A stretch of 64,000 bases of DNA from sequence record OK254197.1; one strand, 5' to 3'. Each line of letters begins with the position of its first letter. Position 1 is the first letter of the stretch. The stretch is from Escherichia phage PNJ1902. The position numbers were made by a program, and so were the translations under genes. The notes beneath the pieces are model-generated. The model did not search any database, had not been told where the DNA came from, and saw only the letters and a list, made by a program, of their open reading frames with translations. This document shows positions 20,727 to 30,406 of the stretch, piece by piece.

Positions 20727-21149
20727 ATGAGTACTGAAAATAGAGTTATAGACTTAGTGATAGATGAGAAAGTACCTTATGGTCTAATGATGCAATTCTT
20801 AGATGTTGATGATAGTACTTATCCACCTACAAATACCCCTGTTAATTTAACAGGGTATTCCCTAAGGGGTACTATAAAGGCCGGGCTTGATGAGAACGCG
20901 GAAACTTTGGCATCTTTTACTACTAAAATTATTGATGCTGCTCAAGGTGCTATAGCTATAAGTTTACCTGTAGAGGCGGTAGATAATATTGGCGAAAAAG
21001 CTACCAAAGAGAGAGATAAGTATAACCCTCGCCAACGTTTTGCAGGATACTATGATATAATTATGACACGAGACGTCATAGGATCAGCTATTAGTTCTTT
21101 TCGTATAATGGAGGGTAAAGTATTTATCAGTGATGGGGTAACTAAATAA
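20727..21149 (+). CDS. Collar protein (p132-like)
   Basis: 140 aa ORF between pb4-like and tail fibre genes; size matches T5 p132. Confidence 0.6.
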   Translation: MSTENRVIDLVIDEKVPYGLMMQFLDVDDSTYPPTNTPVNLTGYSLRGTIKAGLDENAETLASFTTKIIDAAQGAIAISLPVEAVDNIGEKATKERDKYNPRQRFAGYYDIIMTRDVIGSAISSFRIMEGKVFISDGVTK

Positions 21150-23839
21150 TGGCAGTAACTACTAAAATTATTGTGCAACAAATACTAAATATAGATGATA
21201 CGAAAGCTACTGCTAGTAAATTTCCTAGATACACAGTAACTCTTGGAAATTCTATTAGCTCTATTACTGCTAATGAGTTAGTATCCTCTATAGATGCCGC
21301 TGCTAAGTCTGCCGCGGCTGCAAAAGATTCTGAAATAGCTGCTAAGACTTCAGAGCTTAATGCTAAGAATTCTGAACAGGAAGCTGCGATTTCCGCGGAA
21401 GCTTCTGAAGCATCGGCTACCCAATCAGCTACCTCTGCTACTCAGTCGGCAACGTCAGCCAATAAGTCTGCAGAATCCGCTGCCGCAGCTAAAACATCCG
21501 AGACTAACTCGAAGACTAGTGAAGCTAATGCAAAGACTAGCGAAACTAATGCAAAGACAAGTGAAACTAACGCTAACGCATCAGCTGCTGTTGCAAAAAT
21601 TAGTGAGACTAATGCAAAGACAAGTGAGACTAATGCAGCTCAATCAGCTGTTGCTGCAAAACTTAGCGAGGGTAGTGCAAAGGTCAGTGAGACTAATGCA
21701 GCTCAATCAGCTGCTGATTCTAGCGGTTTTAGGAATGAGGCGGAAATATTCTCTGGGCAAGCTGCTGCATCAGCAGCTGATGCAAAAACCTCTGAAACTA
21801 ATGCAAAAGCCTCTGAGACAAAAGCTAAGGCTAGTGAAACTAATGCTGCAGGGTCTGCAACTTCCGCCAACCAATCTGTAACTACTATTCAAGGACTTAA
21901 ATCAGATGTTGAACAGTTAAAATCTGATACCCAAGCCATTAAAAATAGTGCTGTAACAGAGACAACAGCTTTAAAAGCAGATGTTGAACAGTTAAAATCT
22001 GATACCCAAGCCATTAAAAATAGTGCTGTAACAGAGACAACAGCTTTAAAAGCAGATGTTGAGCAATTAAAAACAGATACACAAGGTATTAAGGATAGCG
22101 CGGTATCTGAGACAACAACTTTAAAAGACCAAGCTGCTGCTTCTGCTACACAAGCGGGTAATAGTGCTGTTGAGGCTGGGCAACAAGCTAGCAATGCTGC
22201 TAGTAGCGCACAAAGCGCATCTACCTACGCTGGACGTGCAGAAGTGGCTGCTGGAAAAGCTGAAGGTATTATTGGTAAATCATTACTAAAAGAAAATAAT
22301 CTTTCGGATCTTTTTAACGTAGAAATCTCCAGAAAAAATATTCGTGTAGACAGGTTAGAGCAGTATCCTAATGAAACTGTGTTATTCTCTCCCGGAAGAG
22401 GAAAATACCTAACAATAAGTGAATCGTCATGGGGTGTTTATTCAACGGAAGAAGGTAATGTTGGATTTATTCCACTTCCTATATCTTCAGGTGGTACTGG
22501 CGCCGTTAATATAACTGCCGCTAAGAAAAATCTGGAGATTGCATCATTCAAAAGTGCAGACGAACAAAGTTTAATGTACTCCCCTGATACTTCCAAATAT
22601 GCAATTTTTATAAAGGATAATGGCGATTGGGGTTGCCTTACAGTGTCTGACGGAGAAAGACATCCTTTAGCTATCAACGCTGGCGGTACAGGTGCAACAA
22701 CGCCAGATGGAGTAAGGCACAATTTAGGGCTTGCGACAAATCATATTCCTGTGTTCTTGGGTGTACATCTTGATGGAAACAACGGTGAAAACTCCGGCAT
22801 TCTTTACCTTAGAAACAAGAACGCAGAAGGTGTGCAACTTTCATACTCAAGGATCTACAATGAAATTCTAGGTGGTACTGCTTATGCAACAATACAGGTA
22901 ACAAGAGAAGGTGGAGACACAAATTATTATCAATTTGACGAAAGCGGAAACGCCATAAATTACAATACAATAGCAATTGGTAGAGGCATTATAAATTCAC
23001 TTGGGACTAATTCGTTAGCTATAGGTGATAGCCGCACTGGATTTAAGCAAGGTGGTAACGGAGTATTGCAGGTTTTTTGTAATGGTACAAATGTTGCATC
23101 ATTTGATCATCAAAACCTTCATCTTAACGGTCTTTTAAACATATGGCCTATTGATAATAATGCAAATGGCATTAGAGTTTCAGGATCTAGAACTGGTGGC
23201 GGCAATGCTCTAATTGGCGGTCAAGTATCTGGAGGTGCTTTTGTTGATTGGAGGGACCGAGCGGCTGGTCTTCTTGTTGAGTTGCCAAGCGATGGTGCAG
23301 CATCAAACGTCTTTAAGGCCGTTCGGTGGGGTTATGATTGGGTTGCTGGTCTTGATGTTGTCAGATTTAACACTGGAGCTTGCGAGGCTCGTTTTAATGT
23401 AAGGGGTGCGATTTACTCATTTAATGAAGCTGGTTACGCCTCATGTGTTCAATGGGTCAGTACGTCAGATATTAGACTGAAAGCAAACTTGAAGGAGATT
23501 AAGAGCGCTAGAGAAAAAGTGAAGTCAATCAAGGGTTACACTTACTTTAAGCGCAGTAATCTTTATGAAGATGAACATTCTGTATATTCGGAGGAGGCTG
23601 GTGTAATCGCTCAAGATGTGCAAACAGTTCTGCCGGAAGCGGTTTACAAGGTTTCAGATTCTGAATATTTAGGTGTTAGCTATGGCGGGGTTACTGCTCT
23701 TTTGGTTAACGCATTCAACGAAATGAGCGATCAAGTTGACAAGCAACAAGAGGAGATCGAAACACTGAAATCTGAAATTGCAGATCTTAAGGCGGCGGTA
23801 GCGGCGTTACTCAACAAACCAACAACGCTGGAAAGTTAA
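21149..23839 (+). CDS. L-shaped (side) tail fibre protein with C-terminal intramolecular chaperone domain
   Basis: 896 aa; N-terminal repeat-rich stalk; C-terminal ...DIRLKANLKEIKSAREKVKSIKGYTY...GVIAQDVQTVLPEAV... resembles the autoproteolytic chaperone of tail fibres and endosialidases. Confidence 0.85.
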   Translation: MAVTTKIIVQQILNIDDTKATASKFPRYTVTLGNSISSITANELVSSIDAAAKSAAAAKDSEIAAKTSELNAKNSEQEAAISAEASEASATQSATSATQSATSANKSAESAAAAKTSETNSKTSEANAKTSETNAKTSETNANASAAVAKISETNAKTSETNAAQSAVAAKLSEGSAKVSETNAAQSAADSSGFRNEAEIFSGQAAASAADAKTSETNAKASETKAKASETNAAGSATSANQSVTTIQGLKSDVEQLKSDTQAIKNSAVTETTALKADVEQLKSDTQAIKNSAVTETTALKADVEQLKTDTQGIKDSAVSETTTLKDQAAASATQAGNSAVEAGQQASNAASSAQSASTYAGRAEVAAGKAEGIIGKSLLKENNLSDLFNVEISRKNIRVDRLEQYPNETVLFSPGRGKYLTISESSWGVYSTEEGNVGFIPLPISSGGTGAVNITAAKKNLEIASFKSADEQSLMYSPDTSKYAIFIKDNGDWGCLTVSDGERHPLAINAGGTGATTPDGVRHNLGLATNHIPVFLGVHLDGNNGENSGILYLRNKNAEGVQLSYSRIYNEILGGTAYATIQVTREGGDTNYYQFDESGNAINYNTIAIGRGIINSLGTNSLAIGDSRTGFKQGGNGVLQVFCNGTNVASFDHQNLHLNGLLNIWPIDNNANGIRVSGSRTGGGNALIGGQVSGGAFVDWRDRAAGLLVELPSDGAASNVFKAVRWGYDWVAGLDVVRFNTGACEARFNVRGAIYSFNEAGYASCVQWVSTSDIRLKANLKEIKSAREKVKSIKGYTYFKRSNLYEDEHSVYSEEAGVIAQDVQTVLPEAVYKVSDSEYLGVSYGGVTALLVNAFNEMSDQVDKQQEEIETLKSEIADLKAAVAALLNKPTTLES
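21490..21860 (+). repeat. Imperfect 21-nt (7-aa, TSETNAK-type) tandem repeats within tail fibre gene
   Basis: Repeated ACTAATGCAAAGAC(A/T)AGTGA(A/G) units encoding ...KTSETNAKTSETNAKTSETNA... Confidence 0.8.
21898..22125 (+). repeat. Three tandem copies of a 75-bp (25-aa) unit within tail fibre gene
   Basis: ATGTTGAACA recurs at 21906 and 21981 (75 bp apart), third diverged copy at about 22056; encodes LKADVEQLKSDTQAIKNSAVTETTA x3. Confidence 0.85.
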
Positions 23840-23854
23840 CAAAAAATAATCACA

Positions 23855-23882
23855 AGGCGCGTCTTCGAGCGTGCTTTTTATT
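23855..23882 (+). terminator. Putative terminator after tail fibre gene
   Basis: GCGCGU/GCGUGC hairpin (includes G-U pairs) followed by TTTTTATT. Confidence 0.45.
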
Positions 23883-24218
23883 GGCTGTCAACCCTAATTT
23901 ACAAAATCTTTACATATGGATCATTGTAAAAACCATGTTAAGGGGTATGCTTACTTCGTAACCCGTTGATTACATTCGCTTAACAAGCCCATATATGGGA
24001 TTTTTCCATATCTGAGATAATTCTTTACCTCTAGTAAAGGTGAGGCTGGTTTTGGGGGTCGCAGCACCATAGCCCAACCCCTCAGTAAACAAACATAAGA
24101 TTTTAGGGTAAAAGTAGCCGTGCTAAAAGTACTACAAAACCCACTCAAGTAGGGGGCAAACTTGAAGCAGAAGTTAAAGAACTAAAAATATTAGCCAATA
24201 AGCTAATATCATAATAAG

Positions 24219-24252
24219 AAACCCCAGTGGACAAAATCCACTGGGGTTTTTC
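24219..24252. terminator. Bidirectional rho-independent terminator between convergent late (+) and early (-) units
   Basis: CCCCAGTGG-ACAAAAT-CCACTGGGG hairpin flanked by A-run upstream and T-run downstream. Confidence 0.6.
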
Positions 24253-24254
24253 TA

Positions 24255-24518
24255 TTATTCGCTTCTACAACCTTCTATAATACCAAGATTATAAATAGTT
24301 AGTAGTAATTTTAACTGCTCATTATCTGTATTAGTACAAAGCTCTACAAAACCTTCAGGATCCCAGAAGGTAACATTACCCTCTTTATCTGTTTTTAGCA
24401 CAAACGTTTCTGGTTCAGTAGTTTTAATCTGGTAAGTTAATGTATTAGTATCAACACCTACCGTATTAGGATCAGTAAAATTATTTGCTTCCTGAACTTC
24501 CAAATCCACCTTCCCCAC
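24255..24518 (-). CDS. Hypothetical protein
   Basis: 87 aa ORF with GTG start preceded by GGGAGA RBS; overlaps dUTPase 3' end. Confidence 0.45.
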   Translation of the reverse strand: MGKVDLEVQEANNFTDPNTVGVDTNTLTYQIKTTEPETFVLKTDKEGNVTFWDPEGFVELCTNTDNEQLKLLLTIYNLGIIEGCRSE

Positions 24519-24927
24519 GATTAGTCTCCCCTAGTTCGTCAACGATTTCAAAATTATGAGTTGAGTAGTGTGGTACTACTACTAGCTGACAAAGTCTTTC
24601 AAAATTTTCCAGAGTTTGAATTTCAGAACCATAGTTATAAAGGTTCATCTTAATAGTTCCACGATAGTCTGAGTCAATCACTCCTGCGGTGTTTGCAATC
24701 ATCAGATGACGCTTACCTAAGGAGCTACGAGGAACTACCAAACCGAACCAACCTCGCGGAATTTCTACCGCGACACCGGTGTCAATCATAAGAGATTTGC
24801 CTGGTGCAATAGCACGTAAATCTGCAGCAGGGTTAGTACCAAAGAACGCTCGCAGATCCATACCTGCGGCATCTTCAGAGCCAATCTTAGGCATACAATC
24901 TGGATGAGTTAATTTAATTTTAATCAT
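24481..24927 (-). CDS. dut: dUTPase
   Basis: 148 aa; dUTPase motifs AGMDLRA, PRSSLG, GVIDSDYRG, RGEGGFGSSG. Confidence 0.9.
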   Translation of the reverse strand: MIKIKLTHPDCMPKIGSEDAAGMDLRAFFGTNPAADLRAIAPGKSLMIDTGVAVEIPRGWFGLVVPRSSLGKRHLMIANTAGVIDSDYRGTIKMNLYNYGSEIQTLENFERLCQLVVVPHYSTHNFEIVDELGETNRGEGGFGSSGSK

Positions 24928-25799
24928 TGTTCTGCAATCTCCAAAATATCTTTTGTAAATTTATCTAATACATCTTGACCTACAGCAGCAATAGCATCCA
25001 CACAGTAGGTAGGTAAATCAACCAGAATTAGGTTTCGATAAAGCAATTCTTCCGAAGCATTTAAATTCTGTATATATTTCTGTTTTCCAGGCAATGGAAG
25101 CTGATCAATAATATCCAGAACGTTACCAAATTCACGAATAATATTATACCCGCGTTTTGCCCCAATACCTTCAACACCTCGGATATTATCCCCTAAATCA
25201 CCCATAATTGCTTTCAGAGAGATAAACTGCTCTACATCGTCAACATTATGATGCTCATACATATCACGAAGATGATATTCACGACGTGTTGTGAAAGAGA
25301 AGCGAGAAACTTTATCAGTTAATAAAGTATCCCAGTCACCATCAGTAGAAATCAGCCAAACGTGGTCATATAGATGCCCAATGAGCTTAACAATATAAGC
25401 TGCCATATCATCTGCTTCTACCCCACGAATAGTGAAAGTTGGGAATGTAGTTTCACATAATTCGAAAGCATCTTTCAAATACTCGAAGAACTGCTCATCT
25501 AACATTTTCTCCTCTTCCGTACGCTGCGAGTATTTCTCATCTCGGTTCCCTTTATACTCGGGGAGATGCTCCAGGCGGAATGCAGACTTCCCTTTATCTC
25601 CTAAAACTATTGTAGTTCTAGCAGAATAAGATTTTGCAAGAGACTGAATAGTGGAAACATAACTTGAGGCAAATGGTTTTTTACTATTGTTATGCTTGAA
25701 GCGAAAGCCTAAGTTAGTTCCATCGACAATCATTAGGTTACGACGGGAAGCCATTTCAGCTTCCTCTTCTTCAATAAATTTTCCCCAGGATTTACTCAT
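24924..25799 (-). CDS. Flap endonuclease / 5'-3' exonuclease (T5 D15-like)
   Basis: 291 aa; acidic metal-binding clusters (IVDGTNL, GVEADDMAAY, STDGDWDTL) and H3TH-like region typical of 5' nucleases. Confidence 0.88.
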   Translation of the reverse strand: MSKSWGKFIEEEEAEMASRRNLMIVDGTNLGFRFKHNNSKKPFASSYVSTIQSLAKSYSARTTIVLGDKGKSAFRLEHLPEYKGNRDEKYSQRTEEEKMLDEQFFEYLKDAFELCETTFPTFTIRGVEADDMAAYIVKLIGHLYDHVWLISTDGDWDTLLTDKVSRFSFTTRREYHLRDMYEHHNVDDVEQFISLKAIMGDLGDNIRGVEGIGAKRGYNIIREFGNVLDIIDQLPLPGKQKYIQNLNASEELLYRNLILVDLPTYCVDAIAAVGQDVLDKFTKDILEIAEQ

Positions 25800-26281
25800 T
25801 ATTTAATTAAGTCCTCAACAGATGCATGATGTAGCCACGGCTCAAATAAACCAATTACGATTTCCATGTCTTTCTTATTTAACACCATATGGGTACGACT
25901 CATTAAGTTGTCAACCATCGGGTCTGAGCTATCCAAAGCTATTAACCACTGTCCTCTGTCTTTTTTGAATATTAATGCAGGCTTGGAGTTCATCTGCTCA
26001 CCTTCACGTGAGCACTGCTGCCACCACTTCTCTAGAGTGGATTCACCAACATTAAATAAATTACTTGATATATTATCATCTTTATACCACTTAACTTCGA
26101 AGCAGTATTTACTAATGTGTCCGCTTTGTGGTGGAAGGTAGATGTCACCCTTCAGTCCATGGCTCTGGCCAAAAGCACCAGAACCAGGAACACGTTCCCA
26201 CTCAAGACCTGTACGCTCGCGTAGAATATCTCTTACCTGATATTCACCACGTTTACCTTTCTCTCTACTATCTACAGCCAT
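25799..26281 (-). CDS. D14-like protein, putative PD-(D/E)xK-type nuclease
   Basis: 160 aa; E..G...E...GSG...KGDI...E.K pattern resembles restriction-endonuclease-like fold; sits in recombination-gene cluster. Confidence 0.45.
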   Translation of the reverse strand: MAVDSREKGKRGEYQVRDILRERTGLEWERVPGSGAFGQSHGLKGDIYLPPQSGHISKYCFEVKWYKDDNISSNLFNVGESTLEKWWQQCSREGEQMNSKPALIFKKDRGQWLIALDSSDPMVDNLMSRTHMVLNKKDMEIVIGLFEPWLHHASVEDLIK

Positions 26282-26284
26282 GTT

Positions 26285-28123
26285 TTATTCTAGGTAGGAA
26301 AATCCTTCTGCATCTTTTTTGACAGTAATCTTATGAGCCAATGGATGCGTATGCCCATGAGAAACAATGATAGAGTTTAGACTTTCTTCCTCATTTAATA
26401 ATTCAACAAGAGTGTCAAGTCCTTTCGTATCAATAAAGCTAATTACTTCATCAAGGAATAGAAGATTAATATTAACTTTACTGATAGATGTTAGTAGCAT
26501 TCGAATAGCTAACAGAGTTGCTAGGTTGATTCTACTTTGCTGACCAGTAGAGCAGTTCTCCATACTGGTACGGTTTCCATCATTGAAGATTACTACTTGT
26601 AATTTCGTTTCATCAAGCTCAAATCCAAGTGCGAACTTACCACCAGTCATAATGGAAAGGTATTTATTGATAAGCTCTTCAAATACTTTCACACTATGCT
26701 CTAGCTTATATCCTACCAGATTCTTTAATGCAGCGATCAGAATATCGAGATCAGCAACAGCTTCTGATACCTCATCCAGTTTGGAAGTAATCTCAGACAT
26801 TTCTGCCTCAGCTTTCTCAATCTGTTCTAGTTTCGCTTTATATTTTGCATTGGCTAATTCGACATTTGCATTATGCTCTTTGGCAATTGCAACCTTAGAA
26901 CGGCCATCAGCTATTTCCTGTTCTAGTTGTCGGATTTGCACCTGTAGGATTTGCACATTGAGTTCTTCAAAAGAAGCATCACTCATTGAATTTTTGAACT
27001 CGTCTCTAGCTACCACTGCTTTATCCAAAGCATCCTTTGCTCTAATATACGCAGTGTATTCAAGTTGTTCTTTCTTCAGCTGTTCTAGCTTAGCTTCAAG
27101 AGATTGCTTCTCTTTGAACAGAGGATCATATTCTGTTCTAGCCATATCCATTGCTTTTTGAGCAGCAGTTGTATCCAGATGAGTACCACAAGTAGGACAT
27201 TCAGTATTTGAAGCCTCTTGCTTGAACTTCTGATAACGTTTCTTGACTTCGCCCGCACGTGAGGTCACAATCGTTAGGTCACGCGTAACACTTGAGATCT
27301 CTTCGTTTTGGTCAGTGGGCGCAGGCAAATTTTTGAAAGGCTCGAAAGATTGTTCGGCAACTTGTACAGCTTTGTCCAAATTACGCAATTTAGTAATATT
27401 AGCCTCTTGAGACTTGGCTAATGCCGCCTTAATTTTCGATTCAGTAAGTTCTTGTGCTAATGGCTCTTCATCAAACTCAGGCACTTCTACAGGTTCCTGC
27501 AAAGTTCCCAGATTATTCTTTCCATTAAGGATTTTCGTAATTACAGCCATTTGGCCCTGCAAATTATTCAAGGTATTTGCTATTTCTTTACGGTCAGCCT
27601 TAATAGTTTCCGACATTTCTTTATACTGTTCTTGATTGAACAAGTTAACAAGAAAAGCCTTACGTGTCGCATCTGTTGCTTTTAGGAAGTCTAGATTTGA
27701 ACCCACTGATTGATAGATTAGTTTAGTGAATGTTTGGAAGTCACCGCCCATAATCTCTTCAATCATCTTGTACGTTTGGGTTGCCGTGTGTCCACTAATA
27801 TCTTCTCCATTCTTAATAAGAGTTACTTTAGCAGTTGACTTAACTACTTTATGCAGTTCGTACTCATCTTCATCTTTCGAGAAGTAAGCGTGCATATCAT
27901 ACTCTTTTTTCGGAGAAGACCAAGAGAACAGAGCATCCTTCTTAATACCACGTGAGTTCTTATTATAGAATAGTTCTTCAATAACAGTGGCGATGGTGGA
28001 TTTCCCTAGCCCGTTGCCACCAATTAGTTGAGTAACTGGATTCTTATCGAAATGAATTACGATGTCCTTACCGTAAGACATAACGTTACTAAATTTTAGT
28101 GTCTTAATTGTAATCTTTGACAT
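26285..28123 (-). CDS. SbcC/Rad50-like recombination ATPase (D13-like)
   Basis: Walker A GGNGLGKST near N-terminus, long coiled-coil middle, CPTCG zinc hook, C-terminal signature region; start moved to internal ATG (MSKITIKTL...). Confidence 0.85.
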   Translation of the reverse strand: MSKITIKTLKFSNVMSYGKDIVIHFDKNPVTQLIGGNGLGKSTIATVIEELFYNKNSRGIKKDALFSWSSPKKEYDMHAYFSKDEDEYELHKVVKSTAKVTLIKNGEDISGHTATQTYKMIEEIMGGDFQTFTKLIYQSVGSNLDFLKATDATRKAFLVNLFNQEQYKEMSETIKADRKEIANTLNNLQGQMAVITKILNGKNNLGTLQEPVEVPEFDEEPLAQELTESKIKAALAKSQEANITKLRNLDKAVQVAEQSFEPFKNLPAPTDQNEEISSVTRDLTIVTSRAGEVKKRYQKFKQEASNTECPTCGTHLDTTAAQKAMDMARTEYDPLFKEKQSLEAKLEQLKKEQLEYTAYIRAKDALDKAVVARDEFKNSMSDASFEELNVQILQVQIRQLEQEIADGRSKVAIAKEHNANVELANAKYKAKLEQIEKAEAEMSEITSKLDEVSEAVADLDILIAALKNLVGYKLEHSVKVFEELINKYLSIMTGGKFALGFELDETKLQVVIFNDGNRTSMENCSTGQQSRINLATLLAIRMLLTSISKVNINLLFLDEVISFIDTKGLDTLVELLNEEESLNSIIVSHGHTHPLAHKITVKKDAEGFSYLE

Positions 28124-29081
28124 ATTTCGCAGCTCTAGCCAAGATTCTATCAATGTCGCCTTGAGATAGCTTCTCGACTTCACGGAAGTAAAGTTCAAGT
28201 TCACCTAACATATCAAGATCAACAAGATTTAACTTAGCGTCTTTAGTAACTCGATGGTTAATCTTCTTATCTAATAAATCAGAGTCTTTGATCGACTTTA
28301 ATTGAACAACGTCACCGGTAACTTCATAGACTACACGATCATAATCACTAGGTTCCATCTCTTCACCAGCCCCGATTGTTTTACGAATCAGTTGTGGTAA
28401 ATCACCGAGTTCAATCCACTCTACTTTTAATGTATCGGTATCAACGATAAAGCAACCATTTGTACCTTTTGTGCGTTCTCTATGGAACGATGTAGTTAAT
28501 GGAGACCCGGGGTAGAGGAGTCTAGTAGATCCGATAGTCTGGCTATTAGTATAAGAATGTAAATCGCCAGCAATTACAGTATCATAACAGTTGTACTTAG
28601 TTAGATCAATTTCTGGTTTTACATGTGGAGGGATTTCACCACGAACATGCGTGAAACATAGTTTTGATTCAGATGGTTTCCACTTAGACTTATGGATCTC
28701 ATCATACGGAACAATATCAAATTCAGGGGAACGATATGGTTTGGTAACTACTTCCCACTTCCCACTCGTTACTTTATTAATAACTCCTGCATAATGATAT
28801 AGGCATGAAATGGTTTTAGTTAACATTTCATGATTTCCAGTAAAGATTTTGCCTGGATGGTCAAGTCTTGACATGAACTGTTCAAGCAGTTCTATTTCTT
28901 CTGACGACGGGTCGGCAACATCAAGTATATCACCACCAGCAATATGAAGATCACAGTTATGATTATGGAATATATCATTTAACCGTTCTCCTAGCATCAG
29001 GAAGCGACGCTTCTGCCATTCCTTTGGAACTTTATCTTGTCCTAGTTTGATATGATGATCAGCACTAAATAATATTCTCAT
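28104..29081 (-). CDS. SbcD/Mre11-like nuclease (D12-like)
   Basis: 325 aa; calcineurin-like phosphoesterase motifs DHH, GDILD, GNHE. Confidence 0.85.
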   Translation of the reverse strand: MRILFSADHHIKLGQDKVPKEWQKRRFLMLGERLNDIFHNHNCDLHIAGGDILDVADPSSEEIELLEQFMSRLDHPGKIFTGNHEMLTKTISCLYHYAGVINKVTSGKWEVVTKPYRSPEFDIVPYDEIHKSKWKPSESKLCFTHVRGEIPPHVKPEIDLTKYNCYDTVIAGDLHSYTNSQTIGSTRLLYPGSPLTTSFHRERTKGTNGCFIVDTDTLKVEWIELGDLPQLIRKTIGAGEEMEPSDYDRVVYEVTGDVVQLKSIKDSDLLDKKINHRVTKDAKLNLVDLDMLGELELYFREVEKLSQGDIDRILARAAKYVKDYN

Positions 29082-29082
29082 T

Positions 29083-29110
29083 GGTTAAAAAGAAAGGGGC
29101 CGAAGCCCCT
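29083..29110 (-). terminator. Stem-loop terminator/attenuator between D11-like and SbcD-like genes
   Basis: AGGGGC-CGAA-GCCCCT tetraloop hairpin followed on the minus strand by TTCTTTTT. Confidence 0.45.
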
Positions 29111-29117
29111 CTATTTA

Positions 29118-29891
29118 TTAGTCGTCCAGATCGCTTGCAGCTTCTGTGTCAATACCTTTCTGGGAACCTGCATTGCTATTACCAGATTTGGCATCATCAT
29201 CTTTATTCTCACGACCCTCCATGAAGGCTAGAATTGCTTCTTTCTGCTCTTCATAGGTAGGAACCGGATAGGTTTGTTCCAGAGAAGGAACTTTTTCGAA
29301 CTTAATGATGTCGCCATCTTCATCACACATAGCTTCACCGATCAGATCTACATCCGCAGCATACTGCTTGGATTCCGCACTGTTAGGATCTTGCAGCTTA
29401 ATCTGGAACTGCATAGCAGCAATCTGCTGTACATCATACTCAGTATCGAAACCTTTACCTTTTTTCTCGATAGAAATATCAATATCAAACGGAGTTGCCA
29501 GACTCAACTGCTTCATGATAGACTGGATGCCTTTCAGAATAGTAGCCTTGACTTCCATTACTTTCAGTTTGTTATCAGAACGGTCGATAACAAAAGCGAT
29601 ATAGTTTTTCTTCGGTTTCAGCGGAACACGATTACCATCTTTATCCAGCTCTTTCTCGAAGAAGCCCATCTCATGAACCGGATCAGCTTTACCACGAACA
29701 AAGCTCTCTTTGTCACGGTTAAAACGGAGACATTCGAAAGGAGCTGCGTTACCATCTTTATTAGTCAGCCAATAGACATAACGTGGAAGAACACCAGAAA
29801 CGATACGGACACGAGTGATACCGTTGTTGAACTTCAGGAATTCGATTTTATCGTTAGAACCGCCAGTAGTTTCGCCCCAAGACTTAGCCAT
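29118..29891 (-). CDS. D11-like protein; possible ssDNA-binding protein (acidic C-terminal tail)
   Basis: 257 aa; RBS AGAGGA; C-terminal ...DTEAASDLDD acidic tail; host-optimal codon usage. Confidence 0.5.
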   Translation of the reverse strand: MAKSWGETTGGSNDKIEFLKFNNGITRVRIVSGVLPRYVYWLTNKDGNAAPFECLRFNRDKESFVRGKADPVHEMGFFEKELDKDGNRVPLKPKKNYIAFVIDRSDNKLKVMEVKATILKGIQSIMKQLSLATPFDIDISIEKKGKGFDTEYDVQQIAAMQFQIKLQDPNSAESKQYAADVDLIGEAMCDEDGDIIKFEKVPSLEQTYPVPTYEEQKEAILAFMEGRENKDDDAKSGNSNAGSQKGIDTEAASDLDD

Positions 29892-30269
29892 ATTTTATTT
29901 CCTCTTTAAAGATTAATTTTGATTTGTTAATTGCGATTAGTGGGTTAGTGTCGATTACTAAACGTGGTATCCATACTGGAACATATTGTATGTCCAAACT
30001 AGGATCGTTTGTAAACTTGTATTCGGCATAATTTCGTAGACTTAAAATTCCTAGATATTCTGCCAGTTGTCTATTAGACAATTTATTTGGATTATCAACT
30101 ATTGTTGATTCATTCAAAATGAATGAGGAACCGACCAATAATTGGTGAGCATCAGGCTCTGTAAGAATTCTTTTGAATAACTTAATAATTAGGTCGGAAT
30201 TTCCTCTAGCTAGTAAGTATAGCTTTTCATAATCGAAGAATTTAATTTTTGTTTTCTCCTCGAATTTAT

Positions 30270-30306
30270 GTATATATTATACTAGATTTCGAGAGAATTT
30301 AGCAAC
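30270..30306 (-). promoter_or_regulatory. Early promoter (minus strand)
   Basis: TTGCTA - 18 bp - TATAAT followed by ATATACATAAATT box typical of this promoter family. Confidence 0.55.
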
Positions 30307-30375
30307 TAAAATTTTTATTTTTCTGCTTCGGACTTTCTTATCAATCCGAAACTTTCTCTCTCAAATTTATGTATA

Positions 30376-30406
30376 TATTATACATCATTTATGAGCTGTT
30401 GCCAAA
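30376..30406 (-). promoter_or_regulatory. Second tandem early promoter (minus strand)
   Basis: TTGGCA - 17 bp - TATAAT plus CATAAATTTGAGAGAG discriminator, nearly identical to the neighbouring promoter. Confidence 0.4.

Noticed and set aside
21360-22194. ORFs 21360-21881 (+) and 21889-22194 (-) within the tail fibre gene
   Set aside because: Generated by the repetitive DNA of the fibre stalk; translations are repeat artefacts (LMQRQVKL..., ...FNCSTSAFKAVVSVTALFLMAWVSD repeated).
26583-27161. 192-aa + strand ORF opposite SbcC-like gene
   Set aside because: Antisense to the coiled-coil region of a well-supported gene; serine/cysteine-rich low-complexity product.
29274-29909. 211-aa + strand ORF opposite the D11-like gene (and nested 29305-29604)
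   Set aside because: Antisense to a codon-optimised gene that has a clear RBS; no expression signals of its own.
29884-30138. 84-aa minus-strand ORF in the helicase/D11 intergenic region
   Set aside because: Requires a TTG start with no Shine-Dalgarno sequence; retained only as a possibility in the findings.
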